Source: Macrostomum hystrix (taxonomy: Eukaryota > Animalia > Platyhelminthes). From it: 64,000 nucleotides of DNA. The position numbers and the translations under genes are program-made. This document shows, piece by piece, positions 33,634-46,940 of this stretch. The notes under the pieces are model-generated. The model ran no database searches. It was given only the letters and a program-made list of their open reading frames with translations, and was not told the origin of the DNA. The DNA lies in contig CATNEN010000029.1 of the NCBI GenBank assembly GCA_950097015.1, forward strand, positions 5,084,001 to 5,148,000, in the 5' to 3' direction. Numbering within the stretch: the first letter of the stretch is position 1; each line of letters begins with the position of its first letter.

Positions 33634-36600
33634 ATGAGCAAACACCTGGCGGCCATTGTATTTATGCTCGCTGCTGTCTGCGCTGGCGAGGAGCTGCGTA
33701 TTGGTGAGTCTGAAGAAAATAGAAACCTTTAGCTGCCTCCCAGGCTTTTCAAATCCTTTAGATAAGGTCACATCTGACCCAACTCGTTAAAATAGGACTA
33801 CGCTAAAATCCGCCCCTTCACTAACCTATCCGCCTCCTTCACTAACCAATCCGCCCCTTCACTAACCAATCCGCCCCTTCACTAACCAATCCGCCCCTTC
33901 ACTAACCAATCCGCCCCTTCACTAACCAATCCGCCCCTTCACTAACCAATCCGCCCCTTCACTAACCAATCCGCCCGTTCACGAACAGTTTAACCATCTC
34001 AATCTAAATTTTCCGCCCTTAACGATGAACTAACAAACTTTCAAATCCGTCCGACGTCAGCGTCGGCAAGATATTCAGCGATTCTCGTCGCGACAAGGAC
34101 AAATTACAATGCTCCGTATAAATCTCTTCGACGTATCCACATTGGTTTAAAAGTGTAAAAATTATCAATGCAATTTAGTCAACAATGATAGCCAATATGA
34201 TTAAATGATGCAATTTTGTGAGCAGAAAATGTTTGCCACCCAACACTCCGACAAAAATCGTTGAATGTCTCGACGATGCCGATGTTCTGTGAATCTGGAA
34301 GTTGTCTCATCAAATACGAGACCTGGCTCGTAGAGCAGAAAATTTTTGGATCTTCGTCGACCGCGAATTTTCAAATTTGGCAAATCGACCTTTTTAGATA
34401 GGGTCATCTAAGCGCGACATCTTATGAGTTAGGGTGCAGCAGCGAAGAGAAGGCTTGGGGACTTCCAGTGCAATGTACTCCCACGGGCACAGTAGGGTGT
34501 ACAGTGCATAGCAATAAGAAAGTCAGGGCTCAGGAGTCAGTGGAATGGGCGGAATTGCCTCTCGCTGGCTGCGGGTCTACCTCGCACCAAATGATGTGCC
34601 AGTGCTCACAGCCCTCATGAAAATGTCATAATTGTTATTTATAAGCACCGCTGGAATAAATCGGAATGTTTAAAAATTTCTGTTGAATTTTAATTAACAA
34701 ACCATTTTGTCATCCGTAAGTTATAGCCGTTTGTCAGAAAAAGCCATAAAGTAAGGCTCAGTCCATTGTATAATTTAGTATTCTATGAAAAACTTCTGCG
34801 CTTAGGGGAGTAATTGCCCAATCAGCTAATATCATTTTAATGACATATTTGTGACTCACAACGAAGAGGCTTTAATAACCATAACTACCTACCTTTTCCT
34901 GGGATGCCTTTAGCCAAATATTGATTAATGAAATTCTAAACACATTGCAGTTTTCGTTCTGCCAAAAAACGGATAGAAAATAATAATTATGAAAAAAACT
35001 GGAGCAGAATAAAATGAAACAACAAAGAAAGCTCCAAAACAAAACCGGGTGCTCAGTTTCTGCCGCTAGTCGTTTGTTGGTCAGCTGCACATGTCCAGAC
35101 TCTAAATCACCTTTGTTTGACTTTGCTGAATAATTGATTAACTGTAGGGGAGTATTATGGACAGGTCTGAGTGCATCGACTCCAAATCTACTTTCTCACC
35201 ATAATGTTTACAAAATTCTGCATTTCTGCATAATATAGCCTTGGGTTGTACACCCAGCAACCTAAAAAATCATGCAATTTTAGCAGTTTGAGAATTCGAT
35301 TATGTACAAACGGTACTCATGTTCTGTAGTCATGTGCCCAGACTCGTTAGTTAACATAATAGTACAAAGAGGACTTAGAAGCCACGAACTGTGGGATAGT
35401 TTCGATAGAGGCGTGGTTAAGATGAGTCAGCAAAGTTTTTCGGCTCTCCCAGAAAGGGGGTTAAAATAGCTAGTTCACATATACTAAAAGTAAACTTTTC
35501 TATTTTTATTTATCTGGCTCAGCAATTCAAGCATGCAGATACCATTTTATAAACCTCACAATGCGGTGTTAGGGCATTGTGCAAACACCGTTTGTACTTT
35601 TAGCTTAGTTACAGATGAATAGAGCCGTAGTGAATAACGATTTTCGGTGGCGTCTGTCTTCGATCAGTGGAGAGTCAAGCCGAAGGAGGAATGTCATTTG
35701 TGGCTGGTTGGGATGGGTGAAGTGCGCGTAACGAGAATACCTTTCAGTGAAGTAGAAACTCGAAGGAACATAGTGCCTACCACTAAGCTGTTGCGTGAGA
35801 AACAGCAGGCGAGTAAGTCGGGAGAGGAGAACAGCTTCAAAGAAGATGTCATGTGACTATAAGTCTAAGCAAGAAAAAAGCTGCTTTTCCGGTGGCTGAA
35901 GCTTGTGATAGTTGAATAAGTACGCTCAAACTCTCGCGCTCCACACTGCTCAAAAACTTTGTGATGAGAAACGTTCCAGGGAGTTAGTGTGAGTATCAGG
36001 CAGTCAGTGTGAGTACCAGGCAGTCAGTGGAAGTATCAGGCAGTCAGTGGAAGTATCAGGCAGTCAGTGAGAGTATCAGGCAGTCAGTGTGAGTATCAGG
36101 CAGTCAGTGAGAGTATCAGGCAGTCAGTGAGAGTATCAGGCAGTCAGTGAGAGTATCAGGCAGTCAGTGAGAGTATCAGGCAGTCAGTGTGAGTATCAGG
36201 CAGTCAGTGTGAGTATCAGGCAGTCAGTGAGAGTATCAGGCAGTCAGTGGAAGTATCAGGCAGTCAGTGGGAGTATCAGGCAGTCAGTGAGAGTATCAGG
36301 CCGTCAGTGTAAGTATCTGGGATTTCATGTCCCAACTCCTTGTCGGCAAACTTATCCAAAGGCCATATCCAAGAAAAAGAATAGACAAGGCTATTTGCTT
36401 TTCATTAGCCCAGCTTGTGCAGCTGAGTTAATGGCATAGCGCGTTGCAGCGCGAGTCACTCACAACTTATCTTGCAGGCTTTCTAGTGCCAGCCCAGTCC
36501 AGCAGTATTGCGGGTCAGTTTTCTGTTGAACAATTTGTTTCCTTCAACCGATCAACAGACGGAGCTAATGTGCAGGTACTTGGAGCAGTCTTCAGTGTGG

Positions 36601-39600
36601 ACTTCGCACTGAGTGAGTTTGGTTGTTGATTTTTGTTGCTAATATACGCACTCGTACGTAATGTTTATTGATGTGGTGGTGCCAGGACTACCTCATACTC
36701 TGAAGCAATTCATCCAAGATTTAATTAATGTGGAATGCTTTAATTAATTGAATTTCTTGTGACGAGTGGGCTAGTAGTAAAAGTGGAAGCAGTATTGATT
36801 TTTTGTTTTGTAGGAGACTATTTGTACTTTAATTCGATTGTATACTATTCTGCTGATTGAAAATCTTCATTCTTATTATAAGCTATAGACAGCTTGTTTG
36901 TCTGCTTCTCATTTCGTCCGTGTGTCTGTCTGCCAGTCGATGTGTTTTGTCTGTCACTCCGGCTGTAAGTGGCTGAAGGCTGCGTTTTTTGGCCGAAGCG
37001 AAAAGTCTGTCTGTGGACGTGTCTGCCAGTCAATCTTTTGACGTGTCTGTCCGTCAGTCTCTCGACGTGTCTGTCAGTCTGTCTGGCTCCTGTCACTGCA
37101 CTCCATCCGCTGATGGCCTACCTCATTGTGAACCAGCCGAGTCCCTGCAGACGTGGCGCCCACACTTTCTCCTCAACTACCTGGCCTGCCCGCTGCCACC
37201 TGCCACCGCCAGCGCTGCGGGCTTCATTGAGATCGTCCTGGACGCCGCCGACTGCCGCGACTCGACGGTTGTCTCGGATGCCGCAAAGAACGGATCGGCG
37301 ATTGTCCTGCAGTCAGGAGCCTGGCCGGCGGCGGCCGTTGAGCTAGTCAATAACTTCTCCAGCTTGGCCATTGTGCTGGGCCAGTCAGTGACCGGTGAGT
37401 GACCCCCAACCCCCTCCTCAACGATGAACTAAATTTCAAAACCGTCCAACGTCAGCATCGTCGAGATAATCAGCGATTCTTGACGAAGACCATGGTGACA
37501 TGAACAAAAAATATTTCTCAGTATACAACCCCTTTGACGAATCCCTGTTGGTTCAAAAGTTTGTAAAAAAACATTAATATCCGACATGATTACATGGTGA
37601 AATTTTCAGAATAATTTTTTGCTACTACTGGTGGTTTTCGCCACCAGAATTGTTGAATACCTCGACGATGTCTATGTTTTTGTGATTCTGGAAGTTATTT
37701 CATCGGATAGAGTGGAAAATCGTATCCTGTTTCCAGCATTTTCATGACAATTTGTTGAATATTTTAAGAGATGCAGAAAAAAAGAAAAAAGTGGATACTT
37801 GAAATGCCCACATGTTCTTTCTGCTGTCAACCAATTCATTGGGATGCTGACTCGGAGCACCTGGTCACGGCACTCAGCAATGTCCGCATGAGATTATCGA
37901 TCAATCTGGTCTATTCCTATATTCACAATTCCCTAAGCCCAATGAGATGTCTAGCATCTTAGTACACAGCCATTGTTCATGTCATCTGCACACTGTCCAA
38001 TGCATGCCTTAAGTGTCGATGCAAAGTTCAAATTGAGTCTGCCTGAGTTGTTTGGAAAAAAAAAGACGAAAGATCAATAATGTTTAGGTGCGCTGACCAG
38101 TTTAGCAAACCTAAGTTGTGCAAAAAAAAATTAATTACATTTTTTGGCCTATAATGACCAATCCACTCCTTCACTAACCTATCCGCCTCCTTCACTAACC
38201 AATCCGCCCCTTCACTAACCAATCCGCTCCTTCACTAACCAATCCGCCCCTTCACTAACCGATTCGCCCGCTCACTAACCAATCCGCCCCTTCACTAACC
38301 AATCCGCTCCTTCACTAACCAATCCGCCGCTTCACTAACCAATCCGCCTCCTTCACTAACCAATCCGCCTCCTTCACTAACCTATCCGCCTCCTTCACTA
38401 ACGAATCCGCCTCCTTCACTAACCAATCCGCCTCCTTCACTAACCTATCCGCCTCCTTCACTAACCAATCCGCCTCCTTCACTAACCAATCCGCCTCCTT
38501 CACTAACCAATCCGCCTCCTTCACTAACCTATCCGCCTCCTTCACTAACGAATCCGCCTCCTTCACTAACCGATCAGCCTCCTTCACTAACCTATCCGCC
38601 TCCTTCACTAACCAATCCGCCTCCTTCACTAACCAATCCGCCTCCTTCACTAACCAATCCGCCTCCTTCACTAACCAATCCGCCTCCTTCACTAACCAAT
38701 CCGCCTCCTTCACTAACCAATCCGCCTCCTTCACTAACCAAATCCACCCCGTCACTAACACATCCGCCCCCCCAAAAGCCTCTATTCCTGTACCAAAGCC
38801 GACCCGATCCGCCCCTACGCCAGGCCCCTCAGCGGAGCTGCTACGCCGCTTATCGTCAGGCTGGCAGCAGAACCGGCAGCTGACTCTGGTTCCAGTCGAT
38901 GACTACGTGTACTCTGGCGGCTACAACCTGACTGCTGGAATTTCTACAGCCGATGCAGCGCTTCTATTGGCCACAAATCAAGCTCAATTAGCAGCTGCCA
39001 TCAAACAAGTGAGTGGAGTCGCTGCAATAAGAATAATGATAAGAATTGCAGGAGAGCTGCGGGCAATGGCACATCAGGTGGTGACACTAGACCTGCAGCC
39101 AGCGAGGAGGCAATTCTGCCCATTTTCGCTGACTCCTGAGCACACGCGCACACGGATACCGTACGCAGGCACACTCACACAGGTTTATTCATCTGTATCT
39201 GCTGAGTTTCTTGGAGTTTGGCCCTCAATGGCGTAAATTGCACGACAAGCCCCCAAGCCTTCTCACCGCGGCTGCGCCCCATATGAATGAATGTGGCCTC
39301 GACGCGGAATCGAGCTTAGGGACCTTGGGGCGAGAGGCGACCGTGGGTCGCTGTTAAAATACTTCAGTATGTCAATTTAATTTGCTTAAATTCACATTTT
39401 TGTTTACTGTCCAACAATTTTTTTAATTGCAAACTGATCGCATTACCAATTAGCTATGAATTAGAAATGAGATATTTTACAACAAATTAAAAACCAAATG
39501 CTTAGATCTGTCATTAATGTCAATCAATAAATTGACCCGTTGAAAAGTTGCTCAAGTCAATATCTGGATTAGAAGGAAAAATAATTTCAACTGAAGAAGA

Positions 39601-42600
39601 CAAACAAACAAAAGGTACTTTGGTCGGCATTCGATCGATCAATCGATCGATCAGAACAAAAGCTTTGAGCGAAAGTAAAATAAAAATGAAATCGCAACAT
39701 TTGCTTTCACCGTATTTAGTTTCCCAATTGATCCTTGCTCGAGAAATGCATTGCGCTGCATTGTAAGTTCAAAAATGTTCAATGAAATTCAATGCTACCC
39801 ATGCAAACTTTGCATTTAAATATTTGTCTACATAGTCAAAAAAGAACAAAAATACAAGAATATTTACGAAAAAAGACACCAGAAAGTGCTCAAATACGAA
39901 AATAGAATTTCTGACTATGCGGTGCCTTAGAAGTAGACATATTGAAAATCTTATCCTTGAGAAAAGACGATGTGACTCCTGGACTTAAAATATGACACAA
40001 TGAGAATCGTAGCCTTAGAAGTACACACAATGAGAATCATAGCCTTAAAGGTACATACAATGAGAATCGTAGCCTTAGAAGTACATACAATGAGAATCGT
40101 AGTCTTAAAATATGACACAATGAGAATCGTAGTCTTAGAATATGACACAATGAGAATCGTAGCCTTAAAAGCAGACACAATGAGAATCGTAGTCTTAGAA
40201 TATGACACAATGAGAATCGTAGCCTTAAAAGCAGACACAATGAGAATCGTAGCCTTAGAAGTACACACAATTGGAACCGTAGCCATAAAAGCAGACACAA
40301 TGAGAATCGTAGCCTTTGTAGTAGACAATATGAGAATCGTAGCCTTAGAAGCAGACACAATGAGAATCGTAGCCTTAGAAGTACACACAATTGGAACCGT
40401 AGCCTTAAAAGCAGACACAATGAGAATCGTAGCCTTTGTAGTAGACAATATGAGAACCGTAGCCTTAAAAGCAGACACAATGAGAATCGTAGCCTTTGTA
40501 GTAGACAATATGAGAATCGTAGCCTTAGAAGCAGACACAATGAGAATCGTAGCCTTAGAAGCAGACACAATGAGAATCGTAGCCTTAGAAGCAGACACAA
40601 TGAGAATCGTAGCCTTTGAAGTACACACAATGAGAATCGTAGCCTTAGAAGCAGACACAATGATAATCGTAGCCTTTGAAGTACACACAATGAGAATCGT
40701 AGCCTTAGAAGCAGACACAATGAGAATCGTAGCCTTTGAAGTACACACAATGAGAATCGTAGCCTTAGAAGCAGACACAATGAGAATCGTAGCCTTTGAA
40801 GTACACACAATGAGAATCGTAGCCTTAGAAGCAGACACAATGAGAATCGTAGCCTTTGAAGTACACACAATGAGAATCGTAGCCTTAGAAGCAGACACAA
40901 TGAGAATCGTAGCCTTTGAAGTACACACAATGAGAATCGTAGCCTTAGAAGCAGACACAATGAATGACACAAGCAGACACAAGAAGCAACACATTGAAGT
41001 AGACAATATGATAATCTCATTGTAGTACAATTACAACAATGTCCACCGCTAAACTTGAATCTGCAGGCGTGCAACTCAACGTTAATTCTTGGTCGACCTC
41101 TGCTGTTGAACGAAACTGGCAGCGCCGGTTGTCCTTTCTGCCAGTTGACACCGGCAAACCTCACTGATCCGTTCGCTGATTGCGAAGCCAGGCCCGGACT
41201 CTGTCATTTTCTTCGAGGCGCTCGGGTGTCTGCTGCGGCGGGATCATCCGGACTGCTTCAAACGACGGCATTGCTACGCATCCTGATTGATGTGTTCAGC
41301 CTGACTGGCGGTAATGTTGGAGTGGCTGCCGCAGTTCGGCAGATTCGCGACTCGATGGTTGAGCGACAGTTTGTGCACTGCAGGAGCCGGCGAGCCACTC
41401 GGCTGGATTATCAGGGCCAGTTTAGTGTCGGTTCCGGCCTGGCTTTGACGATGCCGTTGGCTAGCGCCCGGCGAAGCTGGCTGGAGGGGCGGCACGTAAT
41501 TGTTGGACTTAAGATGGTGCGGATTTGAATGCTGGGGTCAAGCAGTACGAGTTAGGGGAGTGAGGTGGGTGAAGGAGTGAGGTGGGAGGAGTGAGGTGGG
41601 TGAAGGAGTAAGGTGGGTGAAGGAGTGAGGTGGGTGAAGGAGTGAGGTGGGTGAAGGAGTGAGGTGGTTGAAGGAGTGAGGTGGTTATGGGAATGAGGTG
41701 TCAGATTAATTAGGTTGGTAGAGGAGTGAAGTGGGTAGTGTGGTTAGGTGGGCGGAGGAGTTGTTTCAGAGTACTAATAAGATGGGGTGGAGGAGGGAGG
41801 TGGGTGAAGTAGGCAGGTGAGGAAGTGGATTGGGTTTGGGGATTGGGGTAGATTTAGATGAGTGAGATTTACAAACTGTAATACTGTAATTGTAATACTG
41901 TAATACTGTAATTAAATTGAGCTAGTGTTGTAATTAGAAACCTGGTGAACACAAAAGTACTCAAATATTAGACATGCGGAAGAAAAGAGCAATTTATACT
42001 TATTTAGAAAGTATTTAGAAGTACGATATGGACATTTTGAAAATGTACTTTTCCAGACACCTGACACCTGAGCATTATTTTAATATAATGCTCAGGTGTC
42101 AGGAATTTGGTATTCACACTCCGGTTCAATGTACGAGCTAGACAGCACGTCGGTGTCAGGAGAATGATAAGACTGATTTGGTTTCCTGATATAGTTATAC
42201 GGTTTGGGTCAGTAATCGCATTAGTTCCCAGTACTTCTTCGGGTGTCTTACCATGCAGAAAATGTGTTAGACAACATCTTATAATTAACCTGATAAAACC
42301 AACCCAGATAGTCCAGGTCTATAATTAGGCTGTGTGTACTGTTCGTGCACTAGAAGAATTACTCTGAGTTACCTGCTCAGCGAAACACATAAATCTAGTC
42401 CCACCTGATCCGTATTTCTACAGGTCGCTCCATTCACATTTCCTGGCTCTGTGACGAAGGACGGCTTTGAAGTGAATGTAACAGGATTGGTCATCGACAT
42501 GCTGAATGAAATAGCCAGGCGCCTGAAGTTCACGTGAGCGAGAAAAAGTTCTTTGCGGAGTGAAGTTAATGTTTGCGGAGTGGGGTTGGTGTTGAAAGAG

Positions 42601-45600
42601 TGAGGTTGGTGTTTGCGGAGTGAGGTTGGTGTTTGTGGAGTGAGATTGGTGCTTGCGGAGTGAGGTTGGTGCTTGTGTAGTGAGGTTGGTCTTTGTGGAG
42701 TGAGATTGGTGCTTGCGGAGTGAGGTTGTGCTTGCGGAGTGAGGTTGGTTTTCGGCTGTTTGACGTTGTGCTTTTCGTGTTAAATGTTTCACACAGTACA
42801 GTGTATGATACAATCGCAATAATCCTTACTCTGTAGGTACAGCCTACGTCAGCCAGCCGACGGACTTTGGGGAGGCGTGTATCCGAACGGCACCTGGAAC
42901 GGCATGGTCAAAGAGATAATGGATGGGGTAAGTACAGATTCAGGACTTTGCGCAGCATTTCTAGTTTAGGAAGGTAAAATGCTTTGTCCATGATTAAAAG
43001 GCATATACGAGCTACTATCAAAGAACTGCTCTAAAATTACGAACTCTATATTGCTCACAATCGAAGTCAAAATCCAGCATCCAGCACTGACTGTCTCCGC
43101 AGAAAATCGAGTTCGCCATTGGTCCATTTACAATGACAGCAATTAGACAGAGGGTGATCGATTTCTCGGTCGCATACATGGAGGACGGAAATTCCATTTT
43201 GATCAAGAAGCCAGGCAAGCGATTTTCGATAGATATTTTTCAGAAAGTGTTCTAAGCAAAGTTTTAGACAAAGCTAAAAATATGTGCCTCTCTATAGGCC
43301 AGGAGAACCCAATGTTCCGGGTGCTGTCGCCGTTCTCGCTGCACAGCTGGCTGGCAATATTGGGCTCGGTGTTTGTTGCGGCGATCTGCATGTTCCTCTT
43401 CTCTTACCTGTCCCCCTTCTCCGCATGGAACATGGACCTGCCGGACAAGATCTCAGACGAGGTGTCAATCAAGGAAAACTTCTGGTCCGTTATTGGTTCA
43501 CTACTGCAGCAAGGTGGGGCCGATGCACTATTTGCCTTTCAGACTTTCACCTCATATACCGTCTAACCCACTCATAAATCATCCACCCCGCTCCCCGCTA
43601 ACCTAACCCCACTCCCCGCTAAGCCAACCCCACTCCCCGCTAACCCAACCCCACTCCCCGCTAACCCAACCCCACTCCCCGCTAACCCAACCCCACTCCC
43701 CGCTAACCCAACCCCACTCCCCGCTAACCCAACCCCACTCCCCGCTAACCCAACCCCACTCCCCGCTAACCCAACCCACTCCCCGCTAGCCCAACCCCAC
43801 TCCCCGCTAACCCAACCCCACTCCCCGCTAACCCAACCCCACTCCCCGCTAACCCAACCCCACTCCCCGCTAACCCAACCCCACTCCCCGCTAACCCAAC
43901 CCCACTCCCCGCTAACCCAACCCCACTCCCCGCTAACCCAACCCCACTCCCCGCTAACCCAACCCCACTCCCCGCTAACCCAACCCCACTCCCCGCTAAC
44001 CCAACCCCACTCCCAGCTAACCCAACCCACTCCCCGCTAACCCAACCCCACTCCCCGCTAACCCAACCCCACTCCCCGCTAGCCCAACTGTCTAACTCAA
44101 TTTTATCTCACCAACCCCACTTGGAACTTATCCACACGCTCCAAGCTTATCCGTTCCTCTCTAAACTTGCCAACCCCACTCCTAACTCATCCACCCCACT
44201 CCTCGCTAGCCCACTTCACTGCTTATCGCCGGCCCGCTATTCCATAAAAAACCAGGCCAGGACTTCTATCCAGTAGCAACTTCATCACGCTTCGTACTTG
44301 GCTTCTGGTGGATAGTCAGCGTTGTGATGATGGCCTACTACACTGCCGACATGATCGGCTACTTAACGCTGAACATCCCGGCTGCCACGGTGAAGAATCT
44401 GGACGAGCTGGCGAGCCAGACCGCCATACGGCCGGTGGTGAAGTCCGGCACCAATGTGCAGACTCTCTTTCAGGTTGAACCTTTGTTACACTTTGATTGT
44501 CTTCACTTCTTGGGGAATCGAACTACTTAGTAATGCGCCCGATTGTCAAGCAATGACCACTATGGTAGTAGAAAGGGCATTGCTTTTGCAATCTACTGGA
44601 AATTCGTTAAAGGCCAATTTTGCCTAAAAAATTATGTGTTCAACGAAACCGGTATTGGCCATAGTTTTTATGTACCGGGGTATTTTGAAGCTCATTTGGC
44701 CGTTTTTTATTTGGCGAATAGTTTTCCAGAGATCGAGAGTGCAAAGCACAGAGACAACCAATCACAAAGCACAGAGACAACCAATCACAAAGCACAGAGA
44801 CAACCAATCACAAAGCACAGAGACAACCAATCACAAAGCACAGAGACAACCAATCACAAAGCACAGAGACAACCAATCACAAAGCACAGAGACAACCAAT
44901 CACAAAGCACAGAGACAACCAATCACAAAGCACAGAGACAACCAATCACAAAGCACAGAGACAACCAATCACAAAGCACAGAGACAACCAATCACAAAGC
45001 ACAGAGACAACCAATCACAAAGCACAGAGACAACAAATCACAAAGCACAGAGACAACCAATCACAAAGCACAGAGACAACCAATCACAAAGCACAGAGAC
45101 AACAAATCACAAAGCACAGAGACAACCAATCACAAAGCACAGAGACAACCAATCACAAAGCACAGAGACGAAAGAGGGGCGCTTTCAAAACCCGAAATAT
45201 CAGAACGCCGCAATTTCACTGCAGAGATAGGAGTCTCCCATCCCTACCGCACGATTCGGAGTTGTGAAATTTCGATCTTATTATAAAAGAGAATGTCGTT
45301 CAACGATGTGAAACTTTGGGTTTGTGAACACTCGAGGCAGGGGCACCAAGTGTCAATGTGCGGAAGTCGCGACATCCATAAAATAGTTTTCTCAGAATTA
45401 TTGCAGATCATATCTCAGCCAATCATATTTTTCAAGTCAGTCATAAACCAAAGTCTCGCCTGTCTTAACTCCCCCCAGACCTCGGCACCGGGCAGCACCT
45501 ACTCCAAGATTTACTCGCTCATGGGCCAAATGCCATACATCACAGAGACCTACCAGGGTATTGATCTGGTAGTCAACGGAAGCACGCAGTACGCCTACAT

Positions 45601-46499
45601 CTCTGATAGGACCCAGCTGCGATACATTGCACTGACCAACTGCGACCTAATGCTGCTCAGCGACATCTTCAATGTGGCCACGTTCGGCTGGCCGCTGCCC
45701 AAGGGTGCAGTTTACAAGCCCGATATAGATAATGAGTGGGTTTGAAAGTTTGCTTCGTTTTTTAGGAAACCATTCTCCGTCATGGCAAACATCAGCTGCC
45801 CGAAAAATCAGTACAAAGATCAAGACCAATCGAAGCATCAGCAAACCCGCTTCAAACCAACCTCCCCTTTCTCAAACAACAACCTCACTCTGTTATCGAT
45901 CCCGCCTAAATAATCGCCACTCCGTCATCGACCCAGCCAAGACAACAACCCCACTCCGTCATCGACCCAGCCTAGACACCAGCCCCACTCCGTCATCGAC
46001 CCAGCCAAGACAACAACCCCACTCCGTCATCGACCAAGCCTAGACACCAACCCCACTCCGTCATCGACCAAGCCTATAGACACCAACCCCACTCCGTTAT
46101 CGACCCAGCCTAGACACCAACCCCACTCCGTCATCGACCCAGCCTAGACACTGAACACAAAGACAGTTATTGCCTTCTTTTCAACCTAATCGCAGAATCC
46201 GCAGCATGATTGACTCTGGCCTGATCTCCCGCTGGATTCGGAAATGGTGGCGCGCCGAAAGCATCTGCAGCCTGGACAGCTCTCTGTCCGACTCAACCCC
46301 AATCGGCATCCAGGAGTCCAGTGGCGGCTTCATCATCGCTGCCGGATTCTACGGCTGCGGCCTGCTTCTGCTGCTGCTCGAGTTTGTAGTTGATGCCATA
46401 AATCGGCGTTGCAAATCCAAGAAGCCGCTGGAAGAACCGCATCACCACCATCAGCACTACAGGGACAGGTCCTACCGATCTACTAAGGATTACTATTAA
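33634..46499 (+). CDS. Divergent ionotropic glutamate receptor / IR-like channel, paralog B (12 exons, 801 aa)
   Basis: Exons: 33634-33703 (MSKHLAAIVFMLAAVCAGEELRIG; alternative in-frame ATG at 33622), 36478-36612, 37137-37394, 38824-39008, 41067-41516, 42424-42533, 42837-42927, 43103-43214, 43298-43513, 44256-44473, 45479-45735, 46196-46499; sum 2406 nt. Core exon sizes 110/91/112/216/218 are identical to paralog A; intron 8 is GC-AG. Confidence 0.92.
33815..33975. repeat. Intronic minisatellite, 20-bp unit AATCCGCCCCTTCACTAACC
   Basis: Paralog B intron 1; same unit as 38160-38765. Confidence 0.95.
34010..34410. mobile_element. Unclassified dispersed repeat (other copies ~28640-28990, ~37415-37730, ~47145-47575)
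   Basis: Colinear shared blocks AACGATGAACT, TGTGAGCAGAAAA, CGTTGAAT.TCT.GACGATGC, GATTCTGGAAGTTG, TAGAGCGGAAAA; the 28640 and 47145 copies also share GCTCCCAAACCGAATGACCGATTTT. Confidence 0.65.
34425..34625 (+). mobile_element. SINE family 1, diverged partial copy
   Basis: GAGAAGGCTTGGG and GCTCAGGAGTCAG...AATTGCCTC.TCGCTGGCTGCGGGTCTA...AAATGATGTGCC blocks. Confidence 0.65.
35990..36310. repeat. Intronic minisatellite, 20-bp unit GTATCAGGCAGTCAGTGAGA
   Basis: ~16 copies in paralog B intron 1. Confidence 0.95.
38160..38765. repeat. Intronic minisatellite, 20-bp unit AATCCGCCTCCTTCACTAAC(C)
   Basis: ~30 copies ending ~60 nt before the acceptor at 38823. Confidence 0.95.
39040..39345 (-). 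mobile_element. SINE family 1, near-complete copy in reverse orientation
   Basis: Reverse complement contains CCTCTCGCCCCAAGGTCCCTAAGCTCGATTCCG head and the same 3' block. Confidence 0.75.
39995..40965. repeat. Intronic minisatellite, 30-bp unit GCAGACACAATGAGAATCGTAGCCTTAGAA
   Basis: ~32 copies; alternating 60-bp dimers toward the 3' end. Confidence 0.97.
43580..44090. repeat. Intronic C-rich minisatellite, 20-bp unit CCCGCTAACCCAACCCCACT
   Basis: ~25 copies in paralog B intron 9; opposite strand has G3-G4 runs (G-quadruplex potential). Confidence 0.96.
44740..45170. repeat. Intronic minisatellite, 23-bp unit AAAGCACAGAGACAACCAATCAC
   Basis: ~18 copies in paralog B intron 10. Confidence 0.96.
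45915..46150. repeat. Intronic minisatellite, ~33-bp unit CCCACTCCGTCATCGACCCAGCCTAGACACCAA
   Basis: ~7 copies in paralog B intron 11. Confidence 0.88.
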
Positions 46500-46714
46500 A
46501 CTGAATTCATCGAGGAGGATTGAAATAACAATATAGCGATCTATATGGTACAGAACTGTACTAGTGTATTAATGGCATACATCACAATATATCTATTTCA
46601 TTCACACTCGCGAAAGCATTCTTGCCCATAAATTCAGTCATAAATGAAGGACAGGACAGGATTGCTAACCTGGATACTGAGACCTCGAACCCCTAGCTGA
46701 CGTATATTATTAAA

Positions 46715-46940
46715 GTGGACTGAACCAGAGGTGGACTGAACCAGAGGTGGACTGAACCAGTGGTGGACTGAACCAGTGGTGGACTGAACCAGTGGTGGAC
46801 TGAACCAGTGGTGGACTGAACCAGAGGTGGACTGAACCAGAGGTGGACTGAACCAGAGGTGGACTGAACCAGAGGTGGACTGAACCAGAGGTGGACTGAA
46901 CCAGAGGTGGACTGAACCAGAGGTGGACTGAACCAGTGGT
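46715..46940. repeat. Minisatellite, 16-bp unit GTGGACTGAACCAG(A/T)G
   Basis: ~14 copies downstream of paralog B. Confidence 0.95.

Noticed and set aside
39951-41164. 340-375 aa hydrophobic repeat ORFs in three frames
   Set aside because: Products of a 30-bp intronic minisatellite; no independent evidence of coding.
43580-44090. Telomere-like TAACCC words
   Set aside because: Part of a 20-bp unit, not (TTAGGG)n; no interstitial telomere call.
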